From an uncultured delta proteobacterium (lineage in GTDB: Bacteria; Desulfobacterota; Syntrophia; Syntrophales; Smithellaceae): DNA of 64,000 nucleotides. The DNA lies in assembly GCA_963710575.1 (NCBI GenBank), contig CAVQAL010000010.1:150531-214530 (forward strand), read 5' to 3'. This document shows positions 60,133 through 64,000 of this stretch, one piece after another. Every line of letters begins with the position of its first letter. Within the stretch, counting starts at the first letter, position 1. The notes under the pieces were generated by a model. That model saw only the letters and a program-made list of their open reading frames with translations. It had not been told where the DNA came from and did not search any database. A program made the position numbers and the translations under genes.

Positions 60133-61239
60133 ATGGACGCTGCGGTTAAAAAAGAAGATAAATTGCCGGACATTATTTTGCTTTTAGTTACTTTAATTTT
60201 GGTGACTGTGGGCACGGCGATGATTTATTCGTCCAGTTCCATTATTGCGCTGGAAAAATTTAAGGACGGACAATATTTTTTAAAAAAACAACTCTTCTTT
60301 GTTTTTGTAGGCCTGACTTCCATGATTATTATGACCAGGATTCCTTATACTCAATTAAGAAAATGGGCTTATCCGGGAATCTTATTATCTTTTGTCTTAC
60401 TGTCGATGCTGCTTGTACCGCATTTGGGAATGAAACGAGGAGGGGCGACGCGCTGGTTGAACCTGGGCGGCTTTTCCTTTCAGGTAACCGAGATGGTTAA
60501 AATTACAATAGTAATTTTCCTGGCACACTTGCTGACCCGCAAGGCGCATCAGTTAAAGGATTTCAGCAAGGGCGTTCTCATTCCTTTAGTAATTACCTCC
60601 ATCATCATTTTACTGATTCTACTGGAGCCGGATTTTGGCACGGCTGTGATTATCGCCACAATTCTGCTTTTAATGTTGTGTATAGCAGGCTCGCAGATAA
60701 AGCATCTTTTATTTTTGATGGCGGCTTTTATTCCCGTCGGAGTGGTGTTGATTTTGTATAAGGGATACAGATTGACGCGTCTGACTGCTTTTCTGGATCC
60801 ATGGAAAGATGCCGACAATACCGGTTTTCAAATTATTCAATCGCTGCTCTCTTTCGGTTCCGGTGGAACATTTGGTGTGGGAATAGGAGACGGCATGCAA
60901 AAATTATTTTATTTGCCCGAGCCGCATACTGATTTTATTCTTTCTATCATTGCCGAGGAAAGCGGCTTTATTGGTGTGGCTATTGTAATAGTCATGTTCG
61001 CTATCTTTGCTTTGCGCGGCTTTATGATTGCGTTGAAGGCGCCCGATCTTTTCGGGACGCTGCTGGCTTCCGGGTTGACCATGGTAATTGCGTTGGAGGC
61101 ATTCATCAACATTGCCGGTGTAATGGGACTTATACCGCTAAAGGGTTTGGTGCTGCCTTTTTTGAGTTATGGCGGGACCGCATTTATCATGACCATGACG
61201 GCTGTAGGTATTTTATTGAATATTTCCACTCAGGCTTGA
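60133..61239 (+). CDS. ftsW: SEDS-family peptidoglycan glycosyltransferase FtsW
   Basis: 10-TM SEDS pattern (..LPEPHTDFI..EE.GF.G.., ..GLIPLKGLVLPFLSYGG). Position between murD and murG supports the call. Confidence 0.88.
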   Translation: MDAAVKKEDKLPDIILLLVTLILVTVGTAMIYSSSSIIALEKFKDGQYFLKKQLFFVFVGLTSMIIMTRIPYTQLRKWAYPGILLSFVLLSMLLVPHLGMKRGGATRWLNLGGFSFQVTEMVKITIVIFLAHLLTRKAHQLKDFSKGVLIPLVITSIIILLILLEPDFGTAVIIATILLLMLCIAGSQIKHLLFLMAAFIPVGVVLILYKGYRLTRLTAFLDPWKDADNTGFQIIQSLLSFGSGGTFGVGIGDGMQKLFYLPEPHTDFILSIIAEESGFIGVAIVIVMFAIFALRGFMIALKAPDLFGTLLASGLTMVIALEAFINIAGVMGLIPLKGLVLPFLSYGGTAFIMTMTAVGILLNISTQA

Positions 61240-61315
61240 TGAATGAAATGTTGAGGGAAGTTTAGCCATTTGCCCAAAGAAAAGTTAAAAGGTTTTGATT
61301 TTGTCTGGAATAAAG

Positions 61316-62401
61316 ATGCGCATTGTAATTGCGGGAGGGGGAACAGGCGGACACTTGTTTCCGGGAATTGCCATCGCTGAGGAATTTTTAAAGAGAGATG
61401 ATCAGGTAAGAATCATTTTTATCGGAACGAGAAAAGGCATTGAAAGCAAACTGCTGGGTCAGCTTGGTTATGAACTCAGAGAAATTGATATTGAGGGAGT
61501 TAAAGGTCGGGGGATTAAGGCATTGGTGAAAGGCGCTTATCAGATACCCAAGAGCATTTGGCAATCAAGGAGTATTTTGAAGCAGTTCAGTCCTCATATC
61601 GTTGTCGGCGTGGGTGGCTACGCTTCAGGACCGGCAGTGCTGGCAGCCCATTTTATGAGAGTACCCACAGTAATCGCGGAACAAAATGCCATCCCGGGTA
61701 TCACTAACAGGATTCTGGCTAATTTTGCGGACAAAATATTCGTAACATATGCACAAACCAGAACATATTTTCCGCAGGAAAAAGTGATTTTAAGCGGTAA
61801 TCCCATACGGGCGGCATTTGTTGTGGAACGCAGCAAGGAAAAAGAAAAAAAAGATTACCGGCAACTGCTGATTTTCGGTGGATCACAGGGAGCGGAGGCA
61901 ATCAATAAAAGCATCATCGATATGCTGCCGCAATTGCAAAGCATGAAAACCAGGATTCATATTTTGCATCAAACCGGGTCACGGCAAGCCGAAGAGGTGA
62001 AGAAGGCTTATGAGCAATCCGGCATTCAGGCGAAAGTTACGCCTTTCATAGTTGATATGGCCGGAGCTTATACGGACGCCGATTTAATCATTTGTCGCGC
62101 CGGTGCCACATCGCTGGCGGAAATTACCGCGGCGGGCAAGGCGGCTATTTTGATTCCGTACCCCTGGGCGGCAAACGACCATCAATTAAAAAATGCACAG
62201 GCTCTGGCTTTGGAAGGTGCCGCTGTCGTGATTCCAGAGAAGGAACTTAGCGGTGGTAAGTTATTTAGCGCAATTGAGAATTTATTGCGGAATGAAGAAA
62301 AACTGCGGCAGATGGAAAAAAATTCGTTAAGGATGAGTAAAGTTGATGCCGCGGCAACAATAGTTGACAAGTGTATTAAATTAATGGCGAAGAGAAATTA
62401 G
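61316..62401 (+). CDS. murG: Lipid II-forming GlcNAc transferase MurG
   Basis: MRIVIAGGGTGGHLFPGIAIAEE, ..LIFGGSQGA.., ..ICRAGATSLAEI... Start moved from TTG 61295 to ATG 61316. Confidence 0.95.
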   Translation: MRIVIAGGGTGGHLFPGIAIAEEFLKRDDQVRIIFIGTRKGIESKLLGQLGYELREIDIEGVKGRGIKALVKGAYQIPKSIWQSRSILKQFSPHIVVGVGGYASGPAVLAAHFMRVPTVIAEQNAIPGITNRILANFADKIFVTYAQTRTYFPQEKVILSGNPIRAAFVVERSKEKEKKDYRQLLIFGGSQGAEAINKSIIDMLPQLQSMKTRIHILHQTGSRQAEEVKKAYEQSGIQAKVTPFIVDMAGAYTDADLIICRAGATSLAEITAAGKAAILIPYPWAANDHQLKNAQALALEGAAVVIPEKELSGGKLFSAIENLLRNEEKLRQMEKNSLRMSKVDAAATIVDKCIKLMAKRN

Positions 62402-62441
62402 GCTTATATAGTTCATAAAGATAAAAAAACTGGCAGGATAA

Positions 62442-63854
62442 ATGAAAGTAGATAAAAAAAACAGCTTAATGCAGCGGAAAGTAAAATGTATTCACTTTGT
62501 CGGGATCGGGGGCATCGGTATGAGCGGGATTGCCGAAGTTCTGGTGAATCTCGGTTACCATATCAGCGGCTCCGACGTTCAGAATTCGGAAACAACGGCG
62601 CGACTGCAGAAGATAGGGGCGCAGGTAGTCATAGGACATGCGGCGGAAAATATCGGCAATGCTGATGTTGTTGTTACTTCCACGGCAGTAAAGGCGGATA
62701 ATCCGGAAGTTATAGAAGCGCACCGGAAGAATATTCCGGTGATTCCGCGGGCGGAAATGCTGGCGGAACTTCTCAAAATGAAATTTTCCGTTGCCGTCTC
62801 CGGCAGCCACGGCAAAACCACGACCACCTCAATGGTTTCTACGATCCTCGCGCAGGGCGGTTTAGATCCGACAATGGTCATTGGGGGAAAACTGGCAAGC
62901 ATCGGCAGCAATGCCCGATTAGGCGACGGTGAAATTATTGTGGCGGAAGCGGATGAAAGTGACGGCTCATTTTTAAAATTGTCTCCCACAATCGCCGTCA
63001 TCACAAACATCGACCGCGAGCATTTGGATTTTTATCCGGGAATTGCGGAAATCAAAGATGCGTTTCTTAAGTTTGCCAATATTGTTCCCTTTTACGGCTG
63101 CACGGTTGTTTGCAGTGACAATATACATGTGCGGGAAATAACGCCGTTGATTAAACGCAAAATGATTACTTACGGAATTGAGCTGCCTGCAGACTACAGT
63201 GCCCGGGAGATAAAATTTCTCAAAAGAAAAACCACCTTCGGTCTGGTTTATAAAGGGGCTGATTTGGGGATGGTTGAGTTAACTGTGCCAGGGCTTTTCA
63301 ATGTCTATAATTCTCTGGCGGCAATTGCTGTCGCCCGCGAGCTTAATCTGGATTTTGCAACCATCAAGGAGGGCCTGCAAAGCTTTTCCGGAGTCCAGCG
63401 CCGTTTGGAAATTAAAGGAAGGGTCGGCGATATCACCGTGGTTGATGATTACGGCCATCATCCGACGGAAATCAAAGAAACGCTGGCCGCTATGAGGCAA
63501 ATATGGAAGGACAGGCTGATTGTTGTTTTCCAGCCGCACAGATTCACACGGACAAGGGCGCTCTTTGATGAATTCACCAAAGCCTTCAGGAATGCGGACA
63601 TCTTGATTATGAATGACATATATCCGGCCAGTGAAGAGCCCATTGCCGGTATTAATTCCGCAGCGCTTTGCGAGGCGATCAGACAAACCGGGCAAACACA
63701 TGTAAAATATATTTCTAAGACGGAAGATATTATAAAATACCTCTTAAAGATGGTAAAAGCAAAGGATACTGTTGCTACCCTGGGGGCGGGCAGTATTTAT
63801 AAAATTGGCGAAGCTTTTTTAAAACAACTGGCGGCAGGGAAAACAAAAAAGTGA
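62442..63854 (+). CDS. murC: UDP-N-acetylmuramate--L-alanine ligase
   Basis: IHFVGIGGIGMSGIAEVL, VSGSHGKTTTTSM, DDYGHHPTEI. An alternative start is ATG 62469. Confidence 0.95.
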   Translation: MKVDKKNSLMQRKVKCIHFVGIGGIGMSGIAEVLVNLGYHISGSDVQNSETTARLQKIGAQVVIGHAAENIGNADVVVTSTAVKADNPEVIEAHRKNIPVIPRAEMLAELLKMKFSVAVSGSHGKTTTTSMVSTILAQGGLDPTMVIGGKLASIGSNARLGDGEIIVAEADESDGSFLKLSPTIAVITNIDREHLDFYPGIAEIKDAFLKFANIVPFYGCTVVCSDNIHVREITPLIKRKMITYGIELPADYSAREIKFLKRKTTFGLVYKGADLGMVELTVPGLFNVYNSLAAIAVARELNLDFATIKEGLQSFSGVQRRLEIKGRVGDITVVDDYGHHPTEIKETLAAMRQIWKDRLIVVFQPHRFTRTRALFDEFTKAFRNADILIMNDIYPASEEPIAGINSAALCEAIRQTGQTHVKYISKTEDIIKYLLKMVKAKDTVATLGAGSIYKIGEAFLKQLAAGKTKK

Positions 63855-64000
63855 TGGCCGGAAAAAATGAAATTAAAGAAGCTCTGGGTAATGTAATGGC
63901 AGGAAAGATATTATATGATGAACCGATGTCGCGTCATACATCGCTCAATGTTGGCGGCAAGGCGGATGCTCTCGTGTCGATAAAAAGTGAAGATCAACTG
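63854..64000 (+). CDS. murB: UDP-N-acetylenolpyruvoylglucosamine reductase, 5' end only (runs off the window)
   Basis: ATG 63854 overlaps the murC stop (TGATG). MAGKNEIKEALGNVMAGKILYDEPMSRHTSLNVGGKADALVSIKSEDQL matches the MurB N-terminal pattern (..HTS..GG.A..). Confidence 0.8.
   Translation, partial: MAGKNEIKEALGNVMAGKILYDEPMSRHTSLNVGGKADALVSIKSEDQL

Overview
64-kb chromosomal window from a low-GC diderm bacterium (LolA, an outer-membrane beta-barrel and a full dcw cluster are present). The gene content looks like a Desulfobacterota-type anaerobe, but I cannot confirm that.

Left third: M16 peptidase (partial), rhomboid protease, RlmD-like methyltransferase, tRNA-Glu, MFS transporter, VKOR-thioredoxin fusion, flavodoxin, dodecin and pyrG. 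It also holds a Fis-HTH / beta-helix / giant GlmS-like operon and a PAS-GGDEF-methyltransferase sensor.

Centre: comM (Mg-chelatase-like AAA+) is split just upstream of its Walker A box (..AAAGGHNV | [10 protein letters not shown]..). The split is caused by a visibly AT-richer insertion of about 12.9 kb (roughly 23401-36292) that ends in a large serine recombinase. Its cargo is:
- a Rep-like gene with a branched hairpin and an iteron field;
- a tight minus-strand operon (split trypsin-like protease, an Rx4H protein, small TM proteins, a YkgJ-type Cys-cluster protein);
- a frameshifted tyrosine recombinase abutting a 5'-truncated SPFH-SHOCT gene;
- an array of zinc-ribbon and TM proteins.

This island is the best candidate for an undescribed system. 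I cannot assign a function to either cargo module from sequence alone.

Right third: ilvE, lolA, radical SAM, patatin-like, proA-nadD, crotonase, acyl-CoA ligase, a decayed selB relic, ruvX-mltG, and mraZ-rsmH-ftsL-ftsI-murE-murF-mraY-murD-ftsW-murG-murC-murB(5').

A family of about 115-127-bp palindromic intergenic repeats occurs three times.

Several genes, including essential murE (at an A9 tract), are broken by single-nucleotide frameshifts. Sequencing error versus true pseudogene must be resolved before any biological interpretation. No rRNA gene, CRISPR array or IS transposase was seen.
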